DNA of 64,000 bases from Eukaryota sp. TZLM1-RC. Its lineage: Eukaryota > Protista > Metamonada: BaSk clade. Location of the stretch: the NCBI GenBank assembly GCA_040285825.1, contig JAUPSS010000004.1, forward strand, positions 3,452,550 to 3,516,549. The letters run 5' to 3'. This document shows, one piece after another, positions 36,588 through 46,923 of this stretch (position 1 is the first letter of the stretch; every line of letters starts with the position of its first letter). The position numbers and the translations under genes were made by a program. The notes beneath the pieces were generated by a model. It worked only from the letters and a program-made list of their open reading frames with translations, was not told the DNA's origin and did not search any database.

Positions 36588-38753
36588 TCAAATATCAAAA
36601 ATATCAATCAAATGCCTGTCAGATGGATAGTGAATCCACCATGGAAAACATGATAATTCAACTAAACATTGTTGTTTGATTAGTTTTACAGATTTAATTA
36701 AAGCTTGATCAATAAATTTTAATGGAGATAGGGAAGAATTTAATAAAGATTTTTCTTCAAGTCCAATTATTTCCACTACTCTTAACAAAGGAAAGTTTTG
36801 TTCAGTGATATTGGTAGGAACATTGCGATGAATTATCAATTCCCTCAGGTTTAGTAATTGAAAAGGAATTATAAAAGTTTTCTCGACTTCAAACCCTCGC
36901 CAGGAATCTACAAATAATTCCAATCTAACAATGGATTGAGGTAATGGTAATTCTCCACCTAAAATATCTGATGAAATAAAAAGAGATAATACAACCAATT
37001 CTCTTAAATGTAAAAGATAGCTTAAATTATAGACCTCAGTGTCATCACTATGAAGCACTAACTTCACTAGTGAAGTAGGTAATTGTTCTATATAACAACC
37101 ATAATCAAGCTCTAGACATTTAAGACTTGATAAATGTGCAAGTTTAAGAGAAAAACCAAATCTTGACCTTCCACTAAGCTTAAGAACCTCAACATTTGGG
37201 AAAAATAACAATAATTGTGGATCATAATCAACTTCATCATAGTAAACATCAAGTTTTTTAATTCTAGTATTAATTACTTTGGGAGCTTTAAAAACAGTAG
37301 ATAATCGCAATTGTAAATCACAAATATTATCATTTAAATTGAATTTTCGAGGATTTTTTAAAGACAACTTGTTGTGAACTGGATGAACATTAAACACTTC
37401 TTTAGCAAATTGAGCTACCCTTTTACTAATACCACATTTGGTGTAAAATCTTGCTTTAACATATGGATGATTACCAAAGAGATTTTGCAAATAATTTAAA
37501 TATTCCCAATAAACAAGCTTAATCAGACCACTAAACATTCTATCCAAAGGTTGTCTTGGATAATGGAAACTGCCAAGTATTTCGGAACCAAATACTTTGA
37601 CAGGTTGTGGTCGATCAATCAAATCACCTGTACCTAATTGACCTTGATCATTACTTCCCCAAGCCCAAACAGTGTTTTTGTTGTATGCAAAAAGGAAGTC
37701 GTAACCTACTGAAATACCTTCTATATTAGTGAAAGCTTCAATACATCTTGGTTCATCACTATCTTTATAAACAACGCTAATTCTGCTCAACTTACCCCAA
37801 ACAAAAACTTTACCACTACTATCACGGGCAGCACACACACCAGTATAACCACTAATAGAAACAATGTTACTCAACCCTGGAACTTTGGTGGGTTTGTTAT
37901 TGAAGGGAACATCACCCTGCTTGGCAAACTTCCAAACTTCACCATTAGTATTAATAACAAAAAGGAAATCCCCACTAAAGAAAAAACATCCCTCAAATGG
38001 TGCTTTTAAAGAAAAATACTTGGAGACTGGGATTTTGGTGATGTATTTGGACTTGTCAACATCATAAAAATACCTATTAAAGAAGAAAAGCTCGCAAGTG
38101 TCATCAATTGCTACAAAAGAATCATAATGAACAGAGATGAAAACAATATTTTGCAAATCTGTAATAAAGTAAGGTGACACAAAGCCTCCCCATTTGACAA
38201 CTTGACCTTCCTGAGTCAAAGCAAACGAGCAATTACGACCACCATGAATTTCCTTAATTTCACAAGGAATACTTATTAAAGTGGTTGGTAATGATTCTCT
38301 ACTGGACTTATTAATCTGGCAACTGGAATTAGAGCCCCAACTATATAACTTGCCTTCAGAAGAGATGGCAAGGGAATGATCATGACCAGCAGAAACGGAA
38401 ACAAAATCATTTAGCAATTTGATTTTTGTTTTGACTAGTTCAGGTCCTTTAAAAAGAACTTGTCCTTTATAATTATAACCCCATCCATAAACCTCACCAG
38501 AATAGGTGAGGAGGAGGGTATGATAATGATCACTATAAACACACTGGACACCAACCTTTCTTTCCGATCGATCGGACAATTCAGTATTTTGTGAATATTG
38601 AGCAGACAGAGATTGTCCGTGAGTAAACTCGTTGGTGGTCACATTCATTGGTGAAGAAGTAGTAGTAGAGGATAAATGTGATGAACATTGAGACTCAGGA
38701 AAAGAGTGGAAGGGATATTGTGAAGAACCTTCTTCATCGGAGAAGACGTCCAT
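36588..38753 (-). CDS. RCC1-repeat + LRR-like protein, 721 aa
   Basis: HTLLLTYSGEVYGWGYN, SAGHDHSLA, WAWGSNDQGQLGTGD; LPxSLxxL-type repeats at the C-terminus. Confidence 0.9.
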   Translation of the reverse strand: MDVFSDEEGSSQYPFHSFPESQCSSHLSSTTTSSPMNVTTNEFTHGQSLSAQYSQNTELSDRSERKVGVQCVYSDHYHTLLLTYSGEVYGWGYNYKGQVLFKGPELVKTKIKLLNDFVSVSAGHDHSLAISSEGKLYSWGSNSSCQINKSSRESLPTTLISIPCEIKEIHGGRNCSFALTQEGQVVKWGGFVSPYFITDLQNIVFISVHYDSFVAIDDTCELFFFNRYFYDVDKSKYITKIPVSKYFSLKAPFEGCFFFSGDFLFVINTNGEVWKFAKQGDVPFNNKPTKVPGLSNIVSISGYTGVCAARDSSGKVFVWGKLSRISVVYKDSDEPRCIEAFTNIEGISVGYDFLFAYNKNTVWAWGSNDQGQLGTGDLIDRPQPVKVFGSEILGSFHYPRQPLDRMFSGLIKLVYWEYLNYLQNLFGNHPYVKARFYTKCGISKRVAQFAKEVFNVHPVHNKLSLKNPRKFNLNDNICDLQLRLSTVFKAPKVINTRIKKLDVYYDEVDYDPQLLLFFPNVEVLKLSGRSRFGFSLKLAHLSSLKCLELDYGCYIEQLPTSLVKLVLHSDDTEVYNLSYLLHLRELVVLSLFISSDILGGELPLPQSIVRLELFVDSWRGFEVEKTFIIPFQLLNLRELIIHRNVPTNITEQNFPLLRVVEIIGLEEKSLLNSSLSPLKFIDQALIKSVKLIKQQCLVELSCFPWWIHYPSDRHLIDIFDI

Positions 38754-39440
38754 GTTGCTTGAAGAGGGGGTGTGAGTGAGACACAGAGGTCAGGGTACAA
38801 GGATTAAAGAGGAAATACTGAGGTTGAGCAACACAATTAGTTCACACTAATAACACCGTTTACTGCAGTAGAAAACACTTAAAATAAATTGTTTTATTCC
38901 TTTGAAATTCTAATTCTTCATACCCCAAATCAGCCAATAATTTTAATTTATTTTCCAAACCACAGTCTAAAAGTCAATATTTTCAAAACAAGCTTCCACA
39001 AGAATCAGCCAATAAGAAGTGACTTGAAGTGTTTCTTTCATAAAACCGATTAAGGGATGACAAAGCTGAAGATGGGACAATACAGTTAAAAATTGAGACA
39101 AATTTGTACACCTATACAATTCATTTTTACATTTTCCTATTTTTGAGAGAACAGTTTGTGTATTTTCCATGTTTCTTTATCCCAATACAGTGCGTCAACA
39201 ACTGGTTCGGAATTCTTGAGGAGATCCCGTGTGTATCTGATGTTGATATGTTGAATTTAAAGATGTGAAATGAGAGAAGGTAACCACCAAGCTCCGGTCG
39301 CAGATCAGCTTGGTTAATATTTAAAACAATAATTAATATGTACTTCTTAATATTTATGAACATATCAATATGAACGCCGTCTCTCTTTTGGTTTCAGTAT
39401 TTTCAATGAAGGCATCATCCAGTTTACAACAGAATTTTAA

Positions 39441-40762
39441 TTTTTTTTTGACCAAAATTTTAATTTTATTCAAAACCTATAAATCAACATCTAAAAAATC
39501 CATCTCTCCCAAAACAAAAACACTAGATGCAACTCTTTCATAGTGAGATCCAAGAGAAAGCAAAGCATCAGAAACCATCTTCAACATCCCCTTAAAAATA
39601 GAAAACACAATTCTATTTTGCCAAAACAATCTGTTGAAATTTCTGCCAGTTCTTCTCTTTACAATCATTTCAAAATCTTCCAAAAAACGTAAAGCAGTTG
39701 GTGCAAGTGAACCAAAAAGGGAAAATACAAATGGATACAAATTGTATTTTGCATGCTGTAAAGGTTGCTATAATGGGCTAGATCATCAGCAATTTCGGGA
39801 GCACTGGAACACGCTATTTTTAACAGATCAAAAGAAATTCCAGCTGGGCCTGCTGCTTTCCCCTTTGGTAATTTTTTTGAATAGCTTTAAGAACTTCAAT
39901 TGAAGTAATAGGATTTTCAATCCAAAAAGGACACACATCAGGCTTGCTGCACTTAAAATTTTCTTGAGGATGCAACTTTTGAAGTTTTTCAAGGGTATCA
40001 GAGTTTGCATCAGCCAAAAAAGAGGAAAACAAGGACTGCTTTGCGGCACCATAACGACCACGTAAGCACAATTTTTTCGGCAAATTTTTTTGATTTTACA
40101 ATTTTTCTATTTCCAAATTTTTTAAAACAATTTTTGTTTTTTCGAGCAAAATATTTTCAGAAGGATGAAATATTCCACTTATTATTTTTCAATTCAGAAG
40201 TAAAATTTCTCATTTCCATTGAGAAGGGAATTGTGCTGGCGGGGCTAATTTCTACTGGGATCTGGATCGGGGGTCTTACAGTATCAGCAGCTTTTTCAAT
40301 TGGTACAAAACAGAAGTTTTCGACCATTTCTTGAATCTGTAACATTTTTGCAAAATGGACAACAAAAATTATTGTTTTCAGAAGGGGAAGAAGAGTGAGC
40401 ACTAGAAGCATTCAAATGTTGATCGTCAGAAACTTTATTTTCAGCACCTTTCACATCGGCATCAGCTGGAACAGAACATTCGAGAATTTGTTGAGCAGAT
40501 TTTAATTCAATTTCTCTTTTTTGTTTTTCAGGGCATGTTCTCGAATTATGACCACTGATACCACAAATCGAACATTTTTTTAGAACCTTTTTAATGGCAA
40601 TGGTTTCATTTTTTTCAGTTATTTCTATTTTGTCAATTTGTGAGTTAAAAGTAGAAGTAGATTTTTGACTTTTTCCAGTTTCAGCAGGAGAAAACAAATT
40701 TCGAGAAACGGAGTTGTTAATAGAACGCGCATCAGAACGTAAGGATCGTTATTGTGGTTTTT
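39441..40762 (-). mobile_element. Family A copy 3: internally deleted derivative keeping an N-terminal CCHC zinc knuckle and the 3' end, no RT
   Basis: CSICGISGHNSRTC; junction at 39761-39769; TSD AACAGAATTTTAA at 39428-39440 and 40763-40775. Confidence 0.9.
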
Positions 40763-42290
40763 AACAGAATTTTAAAGATAATTGTATCGTAAATTATTTG
40801 TCAAACTTTTTGAAAGGCCTGATTGTTGATTAACAACGGTTGATTTTTGTTGAACAATAATAAATGAAGTTCTTTTTAGAACAAGATGGAACCTAAAAGA
40901 GAACCCAACTTTTGCAGTTAAATTTGAAAACCCCAACTTCTGAACACACGATTTTGACAAAATTGTTAGTCATTAGTTGATCGGGCAATAATCAAAACTA
41001 AGGCTTCGAATACAAAAATGTTGTTTCAAATGTGAGGTTTGCAATTCTTTGATGAACTCGAACCCATTACAACGTTTAGTACAACACATACAGTTTTGAA
41101 AATGTAGTCAAAAGGAAAATCTAGGTTGATAGTGCTCAGAGCATCGAATCACCTTTGTATCAATGTAAGTTGACTTGACCCGGGGTGAGTCAAAACTCAA
41201 TGTGCAAAATAGGGGACCAACAATGTTGCGTTTCATGAACGTGATATGATTCATATTTGGAACCATTCTGCTGTCTTTTCATCGGCTGAACACAAGAAGA
41301 ATCGTTTTGCATGAAATGATCATGATTTATTGCTTTAAATGGCAACTGTTTCACTTTTGATAGAGTAAGTGGCCCAGCTACAATAAGAACTCCACAGAAT
41401 CCTATTTTTCCACAAACACATCTAAAAAAGTTGCTGGCGCGAGTTTTTACAAATTGTGTTATATCTGAAAACAAATTCAAAGTAGGAATTTCAAAACTTT
41501 AATGAAGACAAATCGTTGAGGAAAATGTGTTTATTGAATAATATTGAAGTGTAAATGAGACAAGTAAATTGCATAATGTTTGATGGTTATATTGTCAGCA
41601 CTGTCTAAATAAATGGCTGAACTGTTCATTGCTAGATCTTTGATTGGATTGGTTACAAGGATCAACTGAAACACAGTCGATAATTCAAAATTTGTCAATT
41701 AACCAGCAAGTACAGCATCTGGAATCCGTCTACCGAAAACTTCTGAGTAAAATTGTCAATCTTAATTCAAGAGGTGTTTCTGAATAGGCTTAAATACTGA
41801 AGAACCCAGACTTAAACATAACTAACCACCTACTGAAAATGTAAGGAAATCAATGAAATACATGAGTTAACGCTATCGTCTTTCCAGGGTGAAGATTTGT
41901 CCTTATTCAATGATAGAAAAATCGACTAGCAGTTTTTGTTCATGTAGAAAATGATGAACTATGAACTAGACTAGGTTCCATTGAATGAACGATGAACAAA
42001 CTATGAATTTCGAAGGAAATTGATCAACCTACCAACTAAAGTCCAATCTAACATCTTATATCAATGACGTAATATAATATCATCATGACGGCTAATAATG
42101 GCTTTTGAGTAGAGTTGCACAAAATACGTTAGCACATTCCGGTATTATTGCATTACTATTACTGCAGGCTTCAAGCATTTGTGATTAAACCCTGAAACCC
42201 AACAATCACCATTGATTGATATGATTTTAACCCCAGCAATCAAGCAAAAATGCCCCCCACTCAAAAATTAACAATTACTATTGACAAACA

Positions 42291-42314
42291 ACAATTAATC
42301 TTGGCAAGACAATT
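42291..42314 (+). promoter_or_regulatory. Candidate histone upstream motif (ACAATTAATCTTGGCAAGACA)
   Basis: Similar motif upstream of H3 (44386-44407) and between H2A and H2B (43549-43577). Confidence 0.55.
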
Positions 42315-42379
42315 TGCAAAATCAAACTCAAATTCTCAAACTCCTTTCTAATGCTGTATTCTTATCTTCATCGATCTCA

Positions 42380-42691
42380 ATGGCTGGCCGTGGAAAAGGT
42401 GGAAAAGGTTTAGGTAAAGGTGGTGCCAAGCGCCATAGAAAGGTTCTTCGTGAAAACATCCAAGGTATTACCAAGCCTGCTATTCGTCGTCTTGCTCGTC
42501 GTGGTGGTGTCAAGCGTATCTCTGCACTTATCTATGATGAAACCCGTACTGTTCTCCGTACTTTCCTCGAAAACGTGATCCGTGACTCTGTTACTTATTG
42601 TGAACATGCCAGAAGGAAGACTGTCACTGCCATGGATGTTGTCTATGCTTTGAAACGTCATGGACGTGTTTTGTATGGTTTTGGTGTTTAG
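42380..42691 (+). CDS. H4: Histone H4, 103 aa
   Basis: [21 protein letters not shown]...LYGFG; ATG at 42380. Confidence 0.99.
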   Translation: MAGRGKGGKGLGKGGAKRHRKVLRENIQGITKPAIRRLARRGGVKRISALIYDETRTVLRTFLENVIRDSVTYCEHARRKTVTAMDVVYALKRHGRVLYGFGV

Positions 42692-42705
42692 GTTTTTGTT
42701 TTTGG

Positions 42706-42721
42706 GGTGTTTTTCAACACT
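42706..42721 (+). promoter_or_regulatory. Histone 3' UTR stem-loop of H4 (GGTGTT-TTTC-AACACT), AATAAA at 42722
   Basis: 6-bp stem/4-nt loop shared by all histone genes here. Confidence 0.85.
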
Positions 42722-43089
42722 AATAAAGCTTTTAAATTTGATTTATTTGTTGTTTTAAATTAGCTTATAATTTTCTATAATTTGTTTGAAACTGATTATT
42801 TAATTTGGAATCGTTGACTAACATTCTCATCATTTATAAGACAATAGCTTGAATTGTACTTGCCAAGACCTTGTAAAAGTTAAAGCCATAAAGTGTTGGT
42901 CAATTAACCATCTTCTGGACGTTTTGCTTCAGGTAAATGTCAAGCGTCCTCATTTACAGATTTTGCATGCATTAACTGCCACCTAGGGCTCAATTACTTT
43001 GATTCTAGGATTCAGTATTTGCAGTTTTTGGTTCTTTAAGAAAAATAAGAAGGACTTTTTATTTAGAAAATCACATTTATTACCCAAAT

Positions 43090-43105
43090 AGTGTTGAAAA
43101 ACACC
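43090..43105 (-). promoter_or_regulatory. Histone 3' UTR stem-loop of H2A
   Basis: GGTGTT-TTTC-AACACT on - strand; AATAAA at 43076-43081. Confidence 0.85.
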
Positions 43106-43117
43106 ATGCAAAACAAC

Positions 43118-43501
43118 CTAGATTTCCTGGGAAGCTTGTTCTTCGGCTTCAACACGAGCCTTGGACCCCTTGGGAAGGAGATCGGAATGAATATGAGGAA
43201 GAACACCACCAGAAGGAATCATGATATGAGACAACAGCTTACTGAGTTCTTCATCATTGCGGATAGCCAAGAGAATGTGTCTAGGGACGATACGGGTCTT
43301 CTTGTTATCTCTAGCAGCGTTACCAGACAATTCAAGGACCTCAGCAGTGAGGTATTCAAGGACAGCAGCCATATAAACGGGAGCGCCAGCTGCAATACGT
43401 TCAGCATAGCGACCTTCACGGAGGTAACGACGGATACGACCTACAGGGAATTGGAGTCCCGCTTTGAAGGAGAGAGTACGAGCACCAGTTTCTTCAGCCA
43501 T
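43118..43501 (-). CDS. H2A: Histone H2A with H2A.X-type SQEI C-terminus, 127 aa
   Basis: [30 protein letters not shown], terminal ASQEI. Confidence 0.98.
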   Translation of the reverse strand: MAEETGARTLSFKAGLQFPVGRIRRYLREGRYAERIAAGAPVYMAAVLEYLTAEVLELSGNAARDNKKTRIVPRHILLAIRNDEELSKLLSHIMIPSGGVLPHIHSDLLPKGSKARVEAEEQASQEI

Positions 43502-43548
43502 GAGAGATGAATTAATGAGGATGAGGAAATAGAATTTCAATTTCAACA

Positions 43549-43577
43549 CGACAATTTTGATTGTTGCAAGATTGTCG
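43549..43577. promoter_or_regulatory. Candidate bidirectional H2A/H2B promoter element, CGACAAT-N15-ATTGTCG enclosing TTGCAAG
   Basis: Inverted 7-mer in the 149-bp divergent intergenic region; shares ACAATT..TTGCAAGA with H3 and H4 upstream regions. Confidence 0.55.
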
Positions 43578-43650
43578 TTTGTGGCAAACCATTGAATCAG
43601 CTTGTTTTTGCTGCAAAAACTAAATCCCAATCACCATTTCTCTCAATCTC

Positions 43651-44085
43651 ATGCCTGGAAAGAAGTCTGTAAAGTCTACCAAATCCATCAAGGGAGTTCC
43701 CTCCAAAGCCCCATCAAAGGCTCCTGCCAAAGCTGTAAGCAAGGCTGTTGCTGAAGGAGGTGCTGCCGCTGCTGTCCCCAAGCGCAAGAAGGCCCGCAAG
43801 GAGACATGGGCTACTTACATTTACCGTGTCCTTCGCCAAGTCCATCCCGATACTGGTATCTCCACCAAGGCCATGGGAATCATGAACTCTTTTGTCAATG
43901 ACATCTTTGAACGTATCGCCACTGAAGCTTCCCGTCTTGCTCGTGTTAACAAGAGAAATACCCTTTCTTCTCGTGAGATTCAGACTGCTGTTAGATTATT
44001 GCTACCTGGTGAACTCTCCAAGCATGCTGTTTCTGAAGGTACCAAGGCTGTTACCAAGTTTACCTCTGCTGGTGAAGGTGAATAG
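43651..44085 (+). CDS. H2B: Histone H2B, 144 aa
   Basis: [42 protein letters not shown]. Confidence 0.99.
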   Translation: MPGKKSVKSTKSIKGVPSKAPSKAPAKAVSKAVAEGGAAAAVPKRKKARKETWATYIYRVLRQVHPDTGISTKAMGIMNSFVNDIFERIATEASRLARVNKRNTLSSREIQTAVRLLLPGELSKHAVSEGTKAVTKFTSAGEGE

Positions 44086-44101
44086 ATTTGTGGTTTTTGA
44101 T

Positions 44102-44117
44102 AGTGTTTTTCAACACT
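44102..44117 (+). promoter_or_regulatory. Histone 3' UTR stem-loop of H2B
   Basis: AGTGTT-TTTC-AACACT followed by GATAAA. Confidence 0.85.
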
Positions 44118-44385
44118 GGATAAATTTGTTGTTTAATGTGTATTTTAATTTAAAAGTTTTATTGATGTTTTCATCAGGATTGCAGTTTTTGGGGAAATAC
44201 AAATGACAATTGTTCAATCAAATTGGGATTTGCTAAACTTGTTGTTCCTAAACAGAACCCACATTGAATATTTCAATAGTTCCATATAGGAAAAGAATTA
44301 AGTGCACATCTAATGAAGAGTGACAACAAAGCCGTAAGTCTACACAACCAAACCACCAAAAACTAACCATCCAACAAAAGCAAAT

Positions 44386-44407
44386 GACAATTGATTCTTG
44401 CAAGACA
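44386..44407 (+). promoter_or_regulatory. Candidate histone upstream motif of H3 (GACAATTGATTCTTGCAAGACA)
   Basis: Matches the H4 upstream motif at a similar distance (~65 nt) from the ATG. Confidence 0.55.
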
Positions 44408-44470
44408 TTTTCCCTGCTCTGAATTTCTGCTCAATTACAATGCAGAATGACATAATCCTGATCTACACTA

Positions 44471-44878
44471 ATGGCCCGTACTAAGCAAACCTCTCGCAAG
44501 ACTACCTCCACCAAGACTCCAAGAAAGCATTTGGCTACCAAGGCTGCTCGCAAAGCTGCCCCCGCTACTGGTGGTATCAAGAAACCCCATCGTTATCGTC
44601 CTGGTACCGTTGCTCTCCGTGAAATCAGAAAGTACCAAAAGTCTACTGAGCTGTTAATCCGTAAGCTACCCTTCCAACGTTTGGTTAGAGAAATTGCCCA
44701 AGAGTTTAAGGGTGAGTTGAGATTCCAAGCATCTGGTATCTCTGCACTTCAAGAAGCTGCTGAAGCTTACCTTGTTGGTTTGTTTGAAGATACCAATCTC
44801 TGTGCTATTCATGCTAAACGTGTTACCATTATGCCCAAGGATATGGCCTTGGCTAAGAGAATTCGTTCTGATTTTTAG
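44471..44878 (+). CDS. H3: Histone H3, 135 aa
   Basis: [37 protein letters not shown]. Confidence 0.99.
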   Translation: MARTKQTSRKTTSTKTPRKHLATKAARKAAPATGGIKKPHRYRPGTVALREIRKYQKSTELLIRKLPFQRLVREIAQEFKGELRFQASGISALQEAAEAYLVGLFEDTNLCAIHAKRVTIMPKDMALAKRIRSDF

Positions 44879-44893
44879 TTTGGGGTTATTAGA

Positions 44894-44909
44894 GGTGTTT
44901 ATCAACACT
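44894..44909 (+). promoter_or_regulatory. Histone 3' UTR stem-loop of H3
   Basis: GGTGTT-TATC-AACACT; AATAAA at 44916. Confidence 0.85.
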
Positions 44910-45184
44910 CGTTTCAATAAAATCTTTTTTTATTATTGCATTTATGAAAAATGTTATCAGGTTCTATTTACATCGAGTTTTTTGATCATCTCTTATTTAA
45001 ACAAAGAAAGTTCAACACAAAAGATAGGTCAAGCCATTATACACTGATTGCATCCATTATTTGAAGGCACGGTTTTTCTATAAGGAATGTTTGTCAATGA
45101 CAAACATGTCATCAATCTTGTCTTGTCCTCTACTACTAATGGCGATGATTCTTCATGCCAGATGTTTCTCTCCACTGATCATTG

Positions 45185-45691
45185 ATGCCTGGTATCACTG
45201 CTACCTCTCCCGTTTCTCTATCCGATCAATCCCTCTCCTCTGTTGTTTACACGTGTTCTGCCATACTTGAGCAACTTTTGGATGTGGAAGACCATACTTG
45301 TGACTCATCATTTGGCTCTGAACCTACCGTCAGCTTTCCTGTTTGGATTAGAAGAATTGTTTCTAAATCAGAAGCCTCTTTGGAATGTGCTTTTGTTGCC
45401 CTCTACTATCTTTCAAAGATACAAGCAAAGTTTCCTCAGCTTCGCTATTCTTCCACTAATGTTTATCGCTGTTTCCTTGTTGCGTTCATGCTTGCTGCCA
45501 AGTTTTGCGAAGATTCTACCTTTCAAAATCCTAGCTGGAGAATTATTGGTTATTCTTTTTATTCCCTTGAAATTCTTAATGCTATGGAAGTTGAATTTAT
45601 TAAACTTCTTGATTGGAATTTGCACGTTTCTCCAAATGATTTACAAGGTTTTCTTTCTGATTATAAGAATATTTTTGATAAGTTGTGCTAA
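45185..45691 (+). CDS. PHO80/PCL-like (P/U-type) cyclin, 168 aa
   Basis: ALYYL, NVYRCFLVAFMLAAKFCED, LNAMEVEFIKLLDWNLHV. Confidence 0.9.
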   Translation: MPGITATSPVSLSDQSLSSVVYTCSAILEQLLDVEDHTCDSSFGSEPTVSFPVWIRRIVSKSEASLECAFVALYYLSKIQAKFPQLRYSSTNVYRCFLVAFMLAAKFCEDSTFQNPSWRIIGYSFYSLEILNAMEVEFIKLLDWNLHVSPNDLQGFLSDYKNIFDKLC

Positions 45692-45973
45692 ATGTGTAAT
45701 AAATTTATTTAATAATGTTTTTTCTTAACCTTTATTGATTTTGTATGGTAAAGAATAGATCTTAATATTTGTTTATTACACCTTTAATCTCAAAACATTA
45801 TGGAGATTTGTCATTCACTTTGCTAATGCTGAACAATCGGTCCAACAGTGTCTACTTGGCAGCAGTGAATCAAAGTGTAAACGAATGAGGGAAAGAGTAC
45901 TGTAATGTCCATCTACAGACACTGTAAGTAAACATTCAACTTGATGGTGCTCTCTGAAAGGTCATCAATTCCA

Positions 45974-46215
45974 ATGCAACAACCTCAACGTATGCAAGCA
46001 ACGGAATGCTAATCACAGAGCCTGAACATCAACAGCAAAAACAGTCCCAACAACCCCAACAACCTGGTCAAATGGGCGAGCAACCTGGACAACGCCAACA
46101 ACCCCAACAGCCCGGTCAAGGTCCCCAACAAGGTGAACAGATGCGTCCTGGTCAACAACAACAACGCAAGGGTCAGCCTGAACAGCCTCAGCAACAACAG
46201 GGTAGAAGAGAGTAG
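45974..46215 (+). CDS. Gln/Pro/Gly-rich micro-protein Q1, 70 aa; exons 45974-45989 and 46019-46215
   Basis: 29-nt intron GTATGC...GCTAATCACAG (45990-46018); spliced product MQQPQQPEHQQQ...; AATAAA after the stop. Confidence 0.8.
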
Positions 46216-46923
46216 GTTGCTTTCATTGTTGTGAATAAATGTTGCTTATGATGAGCTCATTCTTTAAAATTTAAAATCATTACTTTAGAATTTGTTGCTT
46301 AGCTAAAAACAATAATTACTGGTAATTCTATTAAAAGAGGATTACTGCTGCAAACATTGCTTGTCTCCTTCAAATAACAAAATTGCTATCATCAAGTTGC
46401 AGTCAGTAGTCATATTATGATTTACACATTCCTCCTCTTTAAAGGAATTCTTCGTTAACACCACGCAAAACATATTGCAAGTACAGGAGTGTATTAATGA
46501 GATAAATTTATTTTCATTTGTTCAATCAACCACTTTGCAACTCATCAATAGAAGAGGTTGATAATGATTACCACAAAGATTAGAGTCTCTATATACAGTC
46601 TGGCTTCATATTGAGATTTATTTAGTGTTAATGTTGGTAATGGGTTTGACTACCATAGCATGTAATGTAGTAGTGTGGCATTTCAAAACAATCATGATTT
46701 GGTGAATTAACTATGATTATTTGATTGATTGCTTCAACTTCAGTAAATTTCAAAACCAGTATGGTGGTAATAGTATTTACAGTTGTTATTGGTCTAAAAC
46801 ACCAGTAACCCAAACTATTTATTTTTTAAGAAAAAAAAACAATTTTCCAAGAATAAACTATTTACAAATACTGTAGATACACAAAGACATCAACAGAAAT
46901 GGTTCAAAAACCCATCTTTCTCA

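Noticed and set aside
39286-39315. Hairpin ACCAAGCT...AGCTTGGT, and another at ~41,170-41,193, as ncRNAs
   Set aside because: Isolated stems with no motif or independent conservation; mirror copies are not independent evidence.
41050-41070. tRNA-like B-box (ATGGGTTCGAGTTCAT on -, mirror near 57,515)
   Set aside because: No cloverleaf or A-box could be built around it.
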